64,000 nt of DNA, from positions 1 through 64,000 of the forward strand of contig NIVC01002621.1 in the NCBI GenBank assembly GCA_002269645.1, read 5' to 3'. Numbering within the stretch: the stretch's first letter is position 1; the number at the start of each line of letters is the position of its first letter. The position numbers and the translations under genes are program-made. Below, piece after piece: positions 47,201 to 60,103 of this stretch. This DNA is from Macrostomum lignano (lineage: Eukaryota). The notes under the pieces are model-generated. The model worked only from the letters and a program-made list of their open reading frames with translations, was not told where the DNA came from and did not search any database.

Positions 47201-48632
47201 CTCATAGTGGAAATTGCTAACATGCCAAGACTTACTTATGGGTAGGTTTGGGGGCTTAGGGTCAGTTTTGGTTCAATCATAGATTAACCGCTGTCAACAA
47301 TCAATTAAAGACTTGCTAAGATATCAAAGCTCATGGGGGAATAGCTGAGTTATCAAGGCTTATAAGGGGATTGCTGAATTCTTGGGAGAGGGGAGTTGGG
47401 TTGTTGGGATTTCAAGGCTAATTACTGCGCTGGGAGAATTGCTGCAATGTCGAGGCTTAATGGGGGAATTGCTGAGATGTCAAGTCCTACTAAGAATTGC
47501 TGAGATGTCAAGGCTTTCTGGGAATTGCTAAAATGTCAAGTCCTACTGGGAATTGCTAAGATTTCTATGCTTACTGAGATGTCAAGGCTTACTGGGGGAA
47601 TTGCTGAGATGTCAAGGCTTACTGGGGGAATTGCTGAGATCTTAGAGCTTACTGGGGGAATTGCTGAGATCTCAGAGCTTACTGGGAGAATTGCTGAGAT
47701 GTCAAGGCTTACTGAGGGAATTGCTGAGATGTCAAGGCTTACTGGGGGAATTGCTGAGATGTCAAGGCTTACTTGGGGAATTACTGAGATGTCAAGGCTT
47801 ACTGGGGGAATTGCTGAGATGTCAAGGCTTACTGGGGGAATCGCTGAGATTTCAAGGCTTACTGGGGAAATTGCTGAGATCTCAAAACTTACTGGGATAA
47901 TTTCTGAGATCTCAATGCTTACTGGGGGAATGCTGAGATTTCAAGGCTTACTGGGGGAATTGCTGAGATGTCAAGGCTTACTGGGGGAATTGCTGAGATC
48001 TCAAAACTTACTGGGATAATTTCTGAGATCTCAATGCTTACTGGGGGAATTGCTGAGATGTCAAGGCTTACTGGGGGAATTACTGAGATCTCAAGGCTCA
48101 TGGACGATGGCTGAATTTTTTTGGGGGGTGTTAGGTTATTGGGCGATTGTCAGATAGTCAGGTAGTACGGCTCAAGTAGCTCATGTAATTCAGATAATGA
48201 AAAAGTACACACAAGTGATGCTGATTTCTGCTAATAGGAAATACCAGCGCATTTAATCCTTCGCGCTGGTTTGATCCTTTGATTTAGGCTAATATAGAGA
48301 GAGAGGGTCTAAGGGCGTCAGGGATTTGCATATTGAGCTCCTGCTGCGGATCAGAATATGCCCCGGCCAGTGACGATATGCATCAAGAGTTTGTGCTTGA
48401 AAGGATAAGCACTATTTGCTGATTTAGAAAGGGTTTTGAGCTGATGAACGAAACTTTTTTGGCCAATAAAATTCGGATTGATGACAATTTATTTCTGCCA
48501 AAATGAGAAAAGGTAATTTTTGATTATTGGAAATCAAAATTTTGGATGATTATAGTAAGGTTACTCTTGTGCCAAAATAAAAACCAATTGGTGTCATTTT
48601 CAAGGCTCCCCAGCGGGGGGCTAAATGGCTAG
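44250..48632 (+). mobile_element. Non-autonomous Helitron-like element 1 (~4.4 kb)
   Basis: 5' TCTAAATATACTAAA...CACCGATTTTG; body shared with elements 2 and 3 (TTAAATATTCGAAAAACATG...GCAAAGGTCAAGC...GATTGCATCACAAC); 3' hairpin GCTCCCC-AGC-GGGGGGC then CTAG at 48629-48632. The interior is largely unique and the 5' boundary is uncertain. Confidence 0.6.
47480..48090. repeat. 30-bp minisatellite (AATTGCTGAGATGTCAAGGCTTACTGGGGG) with degenerate copies back to ~46680
   Basis: About 20 clear copies. Confidence 0.92.
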
Positions 48633-49214
48633 TCCCATATACTAAAAATGAAATGTTTGTAGCTATGCGATTGATTTCAGAAAAATTGGCTCAACCGATT
48701 TTCTTCAAACTTGCACCATTCGATTAGAAATTTTCCTGGGACGGTACATGCATCTTGGCTAAGAAATTGCTCAATGTTAAAGGGATTAAATATTCGAAAA
48801 ACATGCTTTTTTGCAAAGGTCAAGCAAACTTTTCGACTTGAAATGCATTGTAAGAATGCTAGAGAAAAAAACTGACTGGCTCAATTCCGATTGTGATAAA
48901 GATTGCATCACAACAAGTTGAAAACAGTGCCGAAAAAATACACACACGACTTGATTAAAATTGCGTAACCATATTGCTAACTTGAATTGAGACTGATACT
49001 GGCTGACTGAGAAATTGATTATGTCATAACTTTTTACTCCAATTGAATTGCTGTAAGAATTGAATTATAAGGGCCACAATTCATGTTCTCCAATTGAAAA
49101 GAGATAGCCCTGATGCGAACAGACTGGAATGCTAATGTAGTGACCTGGGTTCGAATCTTAGTAGTGCAAAGAGATTTTTTTATTAAAACACCTTAAAAAC
49201 ACAACAAAACTGCT

Positions 49215-52200
49215 AAACATCAAAGAAGCGCAATTTCAAACATAGAAGAGCCAACATATCGAACATAAGAGTTACCATGTCAAACATAGAAGAGCCACCA
49301 TGTCGAACATTAAAGAGCCACCATGTCAAACATAAAAGAGCCACCATGTCAAACATAAAAGAGCCACCATTTCGAACATTAAAGAGCCGCCATGTCAAAC
49401 ATTTAAGAGCCACCATGTCGAACATAAAAGAGCCACCATTTCGAACATTAAAGAGCCGCCATGTCAAACATTTAAGAGCCACCATGTCGAATATAAAAGA
49501 GCCAACATTTCGAACATTAAAGAGCCACCATGTCAAACATTTAAGAGCCACCATGTCAAACATTAAAGAGCCACTTTGTCGAACATTAAAGAGCCACCAT
49601 GTCAAACATAAAAGACCCACCATGTCAAACATAAAAGACCCACTATGTCAAACATAAAAGAGCCACCTTTTCCAACATTAAAGAGCCACCATTTCGAACA
49701 TTAAAGAGCCACCATTTTGAACATTAAAGAGCCACTATGTTAAAAAATTAGGAGCCAACATGTCAAACATTAAAGAGCCACCATGTCGAACATAAAAGAG
49801 CCACCATTTTGAACATTAAAGAGCCACCATGTCGAACATTTAAGAGCCACCATGTCGAACATTAAAGAGCCAACATGTCAGACATTAAAGAGCCACATTG
49901 TCAAACATTAAAGAGCCACTATGTCTACCATAAAAGAGCTATACCATGAAGAACATTAAAGAGCCACCATGTCAAACATAAAAGAGCCACCATGTAGAAT
50001 ATTAAAGAGCCACCATGTGAAACATTAAAGAGCCACCATGTCGAACATTAAAGAGCCACCATGTCAAAAATTTAAGAGCCACCATGTCAAACATTTAAGA
50101 GCCACCATGTCAAACATTTAAGAGCTACCATGTCAAACATTTAGGAGCCACCATGTCAAACATTTAAGAGCCACCATGTCAAACATATATGTGACTTTAT
50201 GTCAAACATGAAAGAGTCACCATGTCAAACATTAAAGAGCCACATTGTCAAACATTAAAAAGCCACTATGTCTACCATAAAAGAGCTATACCATGAAGAA
50301 CATTAAAGAGCCACCATGTCAAACATAAAAGAGCCACCATGTAGAATATTAAAGAGCCACCATGTGAAACATTAAAGAGCCACCATGTCGAACATAAAAG
50401 AGCCACCATGTCAAACATTTAAGAGCCACCATGTCAAACATTTAAGAGCCACCATGTCAAACATATATGTGACTTTATGTCAAACCTTAAAGAGCCACCA
50501 TGTCGAACGTTAAAGTGCCACTATGTGTAACATAAAAGAGCTACATCATGAAGAACATTAAAGAGCCACCATGTTAAACATTAAAGAGCCACCATGTGAA
50601 ACATTAAAGAGCCACCATGTGAAACATTAAAGAGCCACCATGTGAAACATTAAAGAGCCACCATGTCAAACATTAAGGAGCTACCATGTCAAACCTAAAA
50701 GAGCCACCATGTCAAACCTAAAAGAGCCACCATGTCGAACATTAAAGAGCCACCATGTCGAAGATTAAAGAGCCACCATGTCGAACATTAAAGAGCCAAC
50801 ATGTCAGACATAAAAAAGCCACCGTATCAAACATAAGAGTTACCATGTAGAACAAAAAAGATCCACCATGTTGAACATTCAAGAGGCACCATGTCAAACA
50901 TATATGTGACTTTATGTCAAACATTAAAGAGCCACCATTTCGAACATTTAAGAGCCACCATGTCGAACATAAAAGAGCCACCATGTCAAACATTTAAGAG
51001 CCACCATGTCAAACATTTAAGAGCCACCATTTCAAACATTTAAGAGCCACCATGTTGAACATTCAAGAGGCACCATGTCAAACATATATGTGACTTTATG
51101 TCAAACATTAAAGAGCCACCATTTCGAACATTTAAGAGCCACCATGTCGAACATAAAAGAGCCACCATGTCAAACATTTAAGAGCCACCATGTCAAACAT
51201 TTAAGAGCCACCATGTCAAACATTTAAGAGCCACCATGTCAAACATTTAAGAGCCACCATGTCAAACATATATGTGACTTTATGTCAAACATTAAAGAGC
51301 AACCATGTCGAACGTTTAAGTGCCACTATGTTTAACATAAAAGAGCTACATCATGAAGAACATTAAACAGCCACCATGTTAAACATTAAAGAGCCACCAT
51401 GTGAAACATTAAAGAGCCACCATGTGAAACATTAAAGAGCCACCATGTCAAACATTTAAGAGCTACCATGTCAAACCTAAAAGAGCCACCGTGTCGAACA
51501 TAAAAGAGCCACCATTTCAAACATTGAAGAGCCACCATTTCGAACATTAAAGAGCCACCATGTTAAACAATTAAGAGCCACCATGTTAAACATTAAAGAG
51601 CCACTATGTCGAACATTAAAGAGCCACCATGTCAAACATTAAAGAGCCATTATGTCGAACATTAAAGAGCCACCATGTCAAACATTAAAGAGCCATTATG
51701 TCAAATCTAAAGGAGCCACCATGTCGAACATTAAAGAGCCACCATGTCAAACATAAATCTGGCATGATGTCAAACATTAAAGTGCCACCATATCGAACAT
51801 TAAAGAGCCACCATGTCTAACAGTAAAGAGCCACCATGTCGAACATAAAAGAGCCACCATATCGAACATTAAAGAGCCGCCATGTCAAACATTAAAGAGC
51901 CATTATGTCAAATCTAAAGGAGCCACCATGTCGAACATTAAAGAGCCACCATGTCAAACATAAATCTGGCATGATGTCAAACATTAAAGTGCCACCATAT
52001 CGAACATTAAAGAGCCACCATGTCTAACAGTAAAGAGCCACCATGTCGAACATTAAAGGGCCACCATGTAGAACATTAAAGAGCCACCATGTCGAACATT
52101 AAAGAGCCACCATGTGAAACATTAAATAACCACCATGTCGAACATTAAAGAACCACCATGTCAAACATTAAAGAGCCACCATGTAAAACATTAAAGAGCC

Positions 52201-55200
52201 ACCATGTCAAACATGTATGTGACTTTATGTCAAACATTAAAGAGCCACCATGTAAAAAATTAAAGAGCCACCATGTCAAACATGTATGTGACTTTATGTC
52301 AAACATTAAAGAGCCACCATGTAAAACATTAAAGAGCCACCATGTCAAACATGTATGTGACTTTATGTCAAACATTAAAGAGCCACCATGTAAAACATTA
52401 AAGAGCCACCATGTCAAACATGTATGTGACTTTATGTCAAACCTTAAAGAGCCACCATGTCGAACGTTAAAGTGCCACTATGTGTAACATAAAAGAGCTA
52501 CATCATGAAGAACATTAAAGAGCCACCATGTTAAACATTAAAGAGCCACCATGTGAAACATTAAAGAGCCACCATGTGAAACATTAAAGAGCCACCATGT
52601 GAAACATTAAAGAGCCACCATTTCAAACATTGAAGAGCCACCATTTCGAACATTAAAGAGCCACCATGTTAAACAATTAAGAGCCACCATGTTAAACATT
52701 AAAGAGCCACTATGTCGAACATTAAAGAGCCACCATGTCAAACATTAAAGAGCCATTATGTCGAACATTAAAGAGCCACCATGTCAAACATTAAAGAGCC
52801 ATTATGTCAAATCTAAAGGAGCCACCATGTCGAACATTAAAGAGCCACCATGTCAAACATAAATCTGGCATGATGTCAAACATTAAAGTGCCACCATATC
52901 GAACATTAAAGAGCCACCATGTCTAACAGTAAAGAGCCACCATGTCGAACATAAAAGAGCCACCATATCGAACATTAAAGAGCCACCATGTCAAACATTA
53001 AAGAGCCATTATGTCAAATCTAAAGGAGCCACCATGTCGAACATTAAAGAGCCACCATGTCAAACATAAATCTGGCATGATGTCAAACATTAAAGTGCCA
53101 CCATATCGAACATTAAAGAGCCACCATGTCTAACAGTAAAGAGCCACCATGTCGAACATTAAAGGGCCACCATGTAGAACATTAAAGAGCCACCATGTCG
53201 AACATTAAAGAGCCACCATGTGAAACATTAAATAACCACCATGTCGAACATTAAAGAACCACCATGTCAAACATTAAAGAGCCACCATGTAAAACATTAA
53301 AGAGCCACCATGTCAAACATGTATGTGACTTTATGTCAAACATTAAAGAGCCACCATGTAAAACATTAAAGAGCCACCATGTCAAACATGTATGTGACTT
53401 TATGTCAAACATTAAAGAGCCACCATGTCGAACATTAAAGATCCACCATGTAAAACATTAAAGAGCCACATTGTCAAACATAAAAGAGCCATTATGTCGT
53501 TTATTTAAGAGCCACCATGTAAAACATTAAAGAACCACATTGTCAAACATAAAAGAGCCATTATGTCGTACATTAAAGAGCCACCATGTAAAACATTAAA
53601 GAGCCACCATGTCAAAACATAAAAGTGCCATCAAGTCAAACCTAAAAGAGCCACCATGTCTAACATAAAAGAGCCACCATATCGATCATTAAAGAGCCAC
53701 CATGTCAAACATTAAAGAGCCATTATGTCGTACATTTAAGAGCCACCATGTAAAACATTAAAGAGCCACATTGTCAAACATAAAAGAGCCATTATGTCGT
53801 ACATTAAAGAGCCAACATGTAAAACATTAAAGAGCCACCATGTCAAAACATAAAAGTGCCATCAAGTCAAACCTAAAAGAGCCACCATGTCTAACATAAA
53901 AGAGCCACCATATCGATCATTAAAGAGCCACCATGTCAAACATTAAAGAGCCATTATGTCAAATCTAAAGGAGCCACCATGTCGAACATTAAAGAGCCAC
54001 CATGTCAAACATAAATCTGGCATGATGTCAAACATTAAAGTGCCACCATATCGAACATTAAAGAGCCACCATGTCTAACAGTAAAGAGCCACCATGTCGA
54101 ACATAAAAGAGCCACCATATCGAACATTAAAGAGCCACCATGTCAAACATTAAAGAGCCATTATGTCAAATCTAAAGGAGCCACCATGTCGAACATTAAA
54201 GAGCTACCATGTCAAACATAAATCTGGCATGATGTCAAACATTAAAGTGCCACCATATCGAACATTAAAGAGCCACCATGTCTAACAGTAAAGAGCCACC
54301 ATGTCGAACATTAAAGGGCCACCATGTAGAACATTAAAGAGCCACCATGTCGAACATTAAAGAGCCACCATGTGAAACATTAAATAACCACCATGTCGAA
54401 CATTAAAGAACCACCATGTCAAACATTAAAGAGCCACCATGTAAAACATTAAAGAGCCACCATGTCAAACATGTATGTGACTTTATGTCAAACATTAAAG
54501 AGCCACCATGTAAAACATTAAAGAGCCACCATGTCAAACATGTATGTGACTTTATGTCAAACATTAAAGAGCCACCATGTCGAACATTAAAGATCCACCA
54601 TGTAAAACATTAAAGAGCCACATTGTCAAACATAAAAGAGCCATTATGTCGTACATTTAAGAGCCACCATGTAAAACATTAAAGAACCACATTGTCAAAC
54701 ATAAAAGAGCCATTATGTCGTACATTAAAGAGCCACCATGTAAAACATTAAAGAGCCACCATGTCAAAACATAAAAGTGCCATCAAGTCAAACCTAAAAG
54801 AGCCACCATGTCTAACATAAAAGAGCCACCATATCGATCATTAAAGAGCCACCATGTCAAACATTAAAGAGCCATTATGTCGTACATTTAAGAGCCACCA
54901 TGTCTAACAGTAAAGAGCCACATTGTCAAACATAAAAGAGCCATTATGTCGTACATTAAAGAGCCACCATGTAAAACATTAAAGAGCCACCATGTCAAAA
55001 CATAAAAGTGCCATCAAGTCAAACCTAAAAGAGCCACCATGTCTAACATAAAAGAGCCACCATATCGATCATTAAAGAGCCACCATGTCAAACATTAAAG
55101 AGCCATTATGTCAAATCTAAAGGAGCCACCATGTCGAACATTAAAGAGCCACCATGTCAAACATAAATCTGGCATGATGTCAAACATTAAAGTGCCACCA

Positions 55201-58200
55201 TATCGAACATTAAAGAGCCACCATGTCTAACAGTAAAGAGCCACCATGTCGAACATAAAAGAGCCACCATATCGAACATTAAAGAGCCACCATGTCAAAC
55301 ATTAAAGAGCCATTATGTCAAATCTAAAGGAGCCACCATGTCGAACATTAAAGAGCCACCATGTCAAACATAAATCTGGCATGATGTCAAACATTAAAGT
55401 GCCACCATATCGAACATTAAAGAGCCACCATGTCTAACAGTAAAGAGCCACCATGTCGAACATTAAAGGGCCACCATGTAGAACATTAAAGAGCCACCAT
55501 GTCGAACATTAAAGAGCCACCATGTGAAACATTAAATAACCACCATGTCGAACATTAAAGAACCACCATGTCAAACATTAAAGAGCCACCATGTAAAACA
55601 TTAAAGAGCCACCATGTCAAACATGTATGTGACTTTATGTCAAACATTAAAGAGCCACCATGTAAAAAATTAAAGAGCCACCATGTCAAACATGTATGTG
55701 ACTTTATGTCAAACATTAAAGAGCCACCATGTAAAACATTAAAGAGCCACCATGTCAAACATGTATGTGACTTTATGTCAAACATTAAAGAGCCACCATG
55801 TAAAACATTAAAGAGCCACCATGTCAAACATGTATGTGACTTTATGTCAAACCTTAAAGAGCCACCATGTCGAACGTTAAAGTGCCACTATGTGTAACAT
55901 AAAAGAGCTACATCATGAAGAACATTAAAGAGCCACCATGTTAAACATTAAAGAGCCACCATGTGAAACATTAAAGAGCCACCATGTGAAACATTAAAGA
56001 GCCACCATGTGAAACATTAAAGAGCCACCATGTTAAACATTAAAGAGCCACCATGTGAAACATTAAAGAGCCACCATGTGAAACATTAAAGAGCCACCAT
56101 GTGAAACATTAAAGAGCCACCATTTCAAACATTGAAGAGCCACCATTTCGAACATTAAAGAGCCACCATGTTAAACAATTAAGAGCCACCATGTTAAACA
56201 TTAAAGAGCCACTATGTCGAACATTAAAGAGCCACCATGTCAAACATTAAAGAGCCATTATGTCGAACATTAAAGAGCCACCATGTCAAACATTAAAGAG
56301 CCATTATGTCAAATCTAAAGGAGCCACCATGTCGAACATTAAAGAGCCACCATGTCAAACATAAATCTGGCATGATGTCAAACATTAAAGTGCCACCATA
56401 TCGAACATTAAAGAGCCACCATGTCTAACAGTAAAGAGCCACCATGTCGAACATAAAAGAGCCACCATATCGAACATTAAAGAGCCACCATGTCAAACAT
56501 TAAAGAGCCATTATGTCAAATCTAAAGGAGCCACCATGTCGAACATTAAAGAGCCACCATGTCAAACATAAATCTGGCATGATGTCAAACATTAAAGTGC
56601 CACCATATCGAACATTAAAGAGCCACCATGTCTAACAGTAAAGAGCCACCATGTCGAACATTAAAGGGCCACCATGTAGAACATTAAAGAGCCACCATGT
56701 CGAACATTAAAGAGCCACCATGTGAAACATTAAATAACCACCATGTCGAACATTAAAGAACCACCATGTCAAACATTAAAGAGCCACCATGTAAAACATT
56801 AAAGAGCCACCATGTCAAACATGTATGTGACTTTATGTCAAACATTAAAGAGCCACCATGTAAAACATTAAAGAGCCACCATGTCAAACATGTATGTGAC
56901 TTTATGTCAAACATTAAAGAGCCACCATGTCGAACATTAAAGATCCACCATGTAAAACATTAAAGAGCCACATTGTCAAACATAAAAGAGCCATTATGTC
57001 GTTTATTTAAGAGCCACCATGTAAAACATTAAAGAACCACATTGTCAAACATAAAAGAGCCATTATGTCGTACATTAAAGAGCCACCATGTAAAACATTA
57101 AAGAGCCACCATGTCAAAACATAAAAGTGCCATCAAGTCAAACCTAAAAGAGCCACCATGTCTAACATAAAAGAGCCACCATATCGATCATTAAAGAGCC
57201 ACCATGTCAAACATTAAAGAGCCATTATGTCGTACATTTAAGAGCCACCATGTAAAACATTAAAGAGCCACATTGTCAAACATAAAAGAGCCATTATGTC
57301 GTACATTAAAGAGCCAACATGTAAAACATTAAAGAGCCACCATGTCAAAACATAAAAGTGCCATCAAGTCAAACCTAAAAGAGCCACCATGTCTAACATA
57401 AAAGAGCCACCATATCGATCATTAAAGAGCCACCATGTCAAACATTAAAGAGCCATTATGTCAAATCTAAAGGAGCCACCATGTCGAACATTAAAGAGCC
57501 ACCATGTCAAACATAAATCTGGCATGATGTCAAACATTAAAGTGCCACCATATCGAACATTAAAGAGCCACCATGTCTAACAGTAAAGAGCCACCATGTC
57601 GAACATAAAAGAGCCACCATATCGAACATTAAAGAGCCACCATGTCAAACATTAAAGAGCCATTATGTCAAATCTAAAGGAGCCACCATGTCGAACATTA
57701 AAGAGCCACCATGTCAAACATAAATCTGGCATGATGTCAAACATTAAAGTGCCACCATATCGAACATTAAAGAGCCACCATGTCTAACAGTAAAGAGCCA
57801 CCATGTCGAACATTAAAGGGCCACCATGTAGAACATTAAAGAGCCACCATGTCGAACATTAAAGAGCCACCATGTGAAACATTAAATAACCACCATGTCG
57901 AACATTAAAGAACCACCATGTCAAACATTAAAGAGCCACCATGTAAAACATTAAAGAGCCACCATGTCAAACATGTATGTGACTTTATGTCAAACATTAA
58001 AGAGCCACCATGTAAAACATTAAAGAGCCACCATGTCAAACATGTATGTGACTTTATGTCAAACATTAAAGAGCCACCATGTCGAACATTAAAGATCCAC
58101 CATGTAAAACATTAAAGAGCCACATTGTCAAACATAAAAGAGCCATTATGTCGTACATTTAAGAGCCACCATGTAAAACATTAAAGAACCACATTGTCAA

Positions 58201-59600
58201 ACATAAAAGAGCCATTATGTCGTACATTAAAGAGCCACCATGTAAAACATTAAAGAGCCACCATGTCAAAACATAAAAGTGCCATCAAGTCAAACCTAAA
58301 AGAGCCACCATGTCTAACATAAAAGAGCCACCATATCGATCATTAAAGAGCCACCATGTCAAACATTAAAGAGCCATTATGTCGTACATTTAAGAGCCAC
58401 CATGTCTAACAGTAAAGAGCCACATTGTCAAACATAAAAGAGCCATTATGTCGTACATTAAAGAGCCACCATGTAAAACATTAAAGAGCCACCATGTCAA
58501 AACATAAAAGTGCCATCAAGTCAAACCTAAAAGAGCCACCATGTCTAACATAAAAGAGCCACCATATCGATCATTAAAGAGCCACCATGTCAAACATTAA
58601 AGAGCCATTATGTCGTACATTTAAGAGCCACCATGTAAAACATTAAAGAGCCACATTGTCAAACATAAAAGAGCCATTATGTCGTACATTAAAGAGCCAA
58701 CATGTAAAACATTAAAGAGCCACCATGTCAAAACATAAAAGTGCCATCAAGTCAAACCTAAAAGAGCCACCATGTCTAACATAAAAGAGCCACCATATCG
58801 ATCATTAAAGAGCCACCATGTCAAACATTAAAGAGCCATTATGTCAAATCTAAAGGAGCCACCATGTCGAACATTAAAGAGCCACCATGTCAAACATAAA
58901 TCTGGCATGATGTCAAACATTAAAGTGCCACCATATCGAACATTAAAGAGCCACCATGTCTAACAGTAAAGAGCCACCATGTCGAACATAAAAGAGCCAC
59001 CATATCGAACATTAAAGAGCCACCATGTCAAACATTAAAGAGCCATTATGTCAAATCTAAAGGAGCCACCATGTCGAACATTAAAGAGCCACCATGTCAA
59101 ACATAAATCTGGCATGATGTCAAACATTAAAGTGCCACCATATCGAACATTAAAGAGCCACCATGTCTAACAGTAAAGAGCCACCATGTCGAACATTAAA
59201 GGGCCACCATGTAGAACATTAAAGAGCCACCATGTCGAAAATTAAAGAGCCACCATGTGAAACATTAAATAACCACCATGTCGAACATTAAAGAACCACC
59301 ATGTCAAACATTAAAGAGCCACCATGTAAAACATTAAAGAGCCACCATGTCAAACATGTATGTGACTTTATGTCAAACATTAAAGAGCCACCATGTAAAA
59401 AATTAAAGAGCCACCATGTCAAACATGTATGTGACTTTATGTCAAACATTAAAGAGCCACCATGTAAAACATTAAAGAGCCACCATGTCAAACATGTATG
59501 TGACTTTATGTCAAACATTAAAGAGCCACCATTTCGAACATTAAAGAGCCACCATGTCAAACATTAAAGAGCCACCATGTCGAACAGTAAAAAGCCACCA
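49215..59600. repeat. 23-bp satellite (TTAAAGAGCCACCATGTCAAACA), ~450 monomers, with higher-order structure
   Basis: Directly visible; variant-marked blocks recur at 207, ~1152 and ~3500 bp. Confidence 0.97.
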
Positions 59601-59604
59601 TGTC

Positions 59605-59950
59605 GCTTGCTATCTGGGGGTGCTTGCTATCTGGGAGAGCCTGCTATCTGGGGGTGCTTGCTATCTGGTGGTGCTTGCTATCTGGGGGTGCTTGCTATCT
59701 GGAAGTGCTTGCTATCTGGGGGTGCTTGCTATCTGGAAGTGCTTGCTATCTGGGGGTGCCTGCTATCTGGGGTGCCTGCTATCTGGGGGTGCTTGCTATC
59801 TGGGGGTGCTTGCTATCTGGGGGTGCCTGTTATCTGGGGGTGCCTGCTATCTGGGGGTGCCTGCTATCTGGGGGGTGCTTGCTAACTGGGGGTGCCTGCT
59901 ATCTGGGGGGGTGCTTGCTATCTGGAGGTGCTTGCTATCTGAGGGGATGC
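59605..59950. repeat. 17-bp minisatellite (TGCTTGCTATCTGGGGG)
   Basis: About 20 copies visible. Confidence 0.93.
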
Positions 59951-60103
59951 TTGCTGTCTTAGGATGTTTTCTTTTTGCATTGCACTTCATCTGAGCAGTT
60001 TTTCTATTGACTATGTGAAGGCTTTGTTTGGTTATCTTATTGATACTTGTAAAGAACAGAGATTCTATCTAGATGTCCCCCATCGGGGGGCGAAGATTGC
60101 TAT

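Larger units (their letters stand above)
48633..60103 (+). mobile_element. Non-autonomous Helitron-like element 2 (~11.5 kb, inflated by satellite)
   Basis: Starts TCCCATATACTAAAAATG...GGCTCAACCGATTTT directly after the CTAG of element 1; ends with hairpin GTCCCCC-ATC-GGGGGGC plus CTAT at ~60100-60103. Confidence 0.7.
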
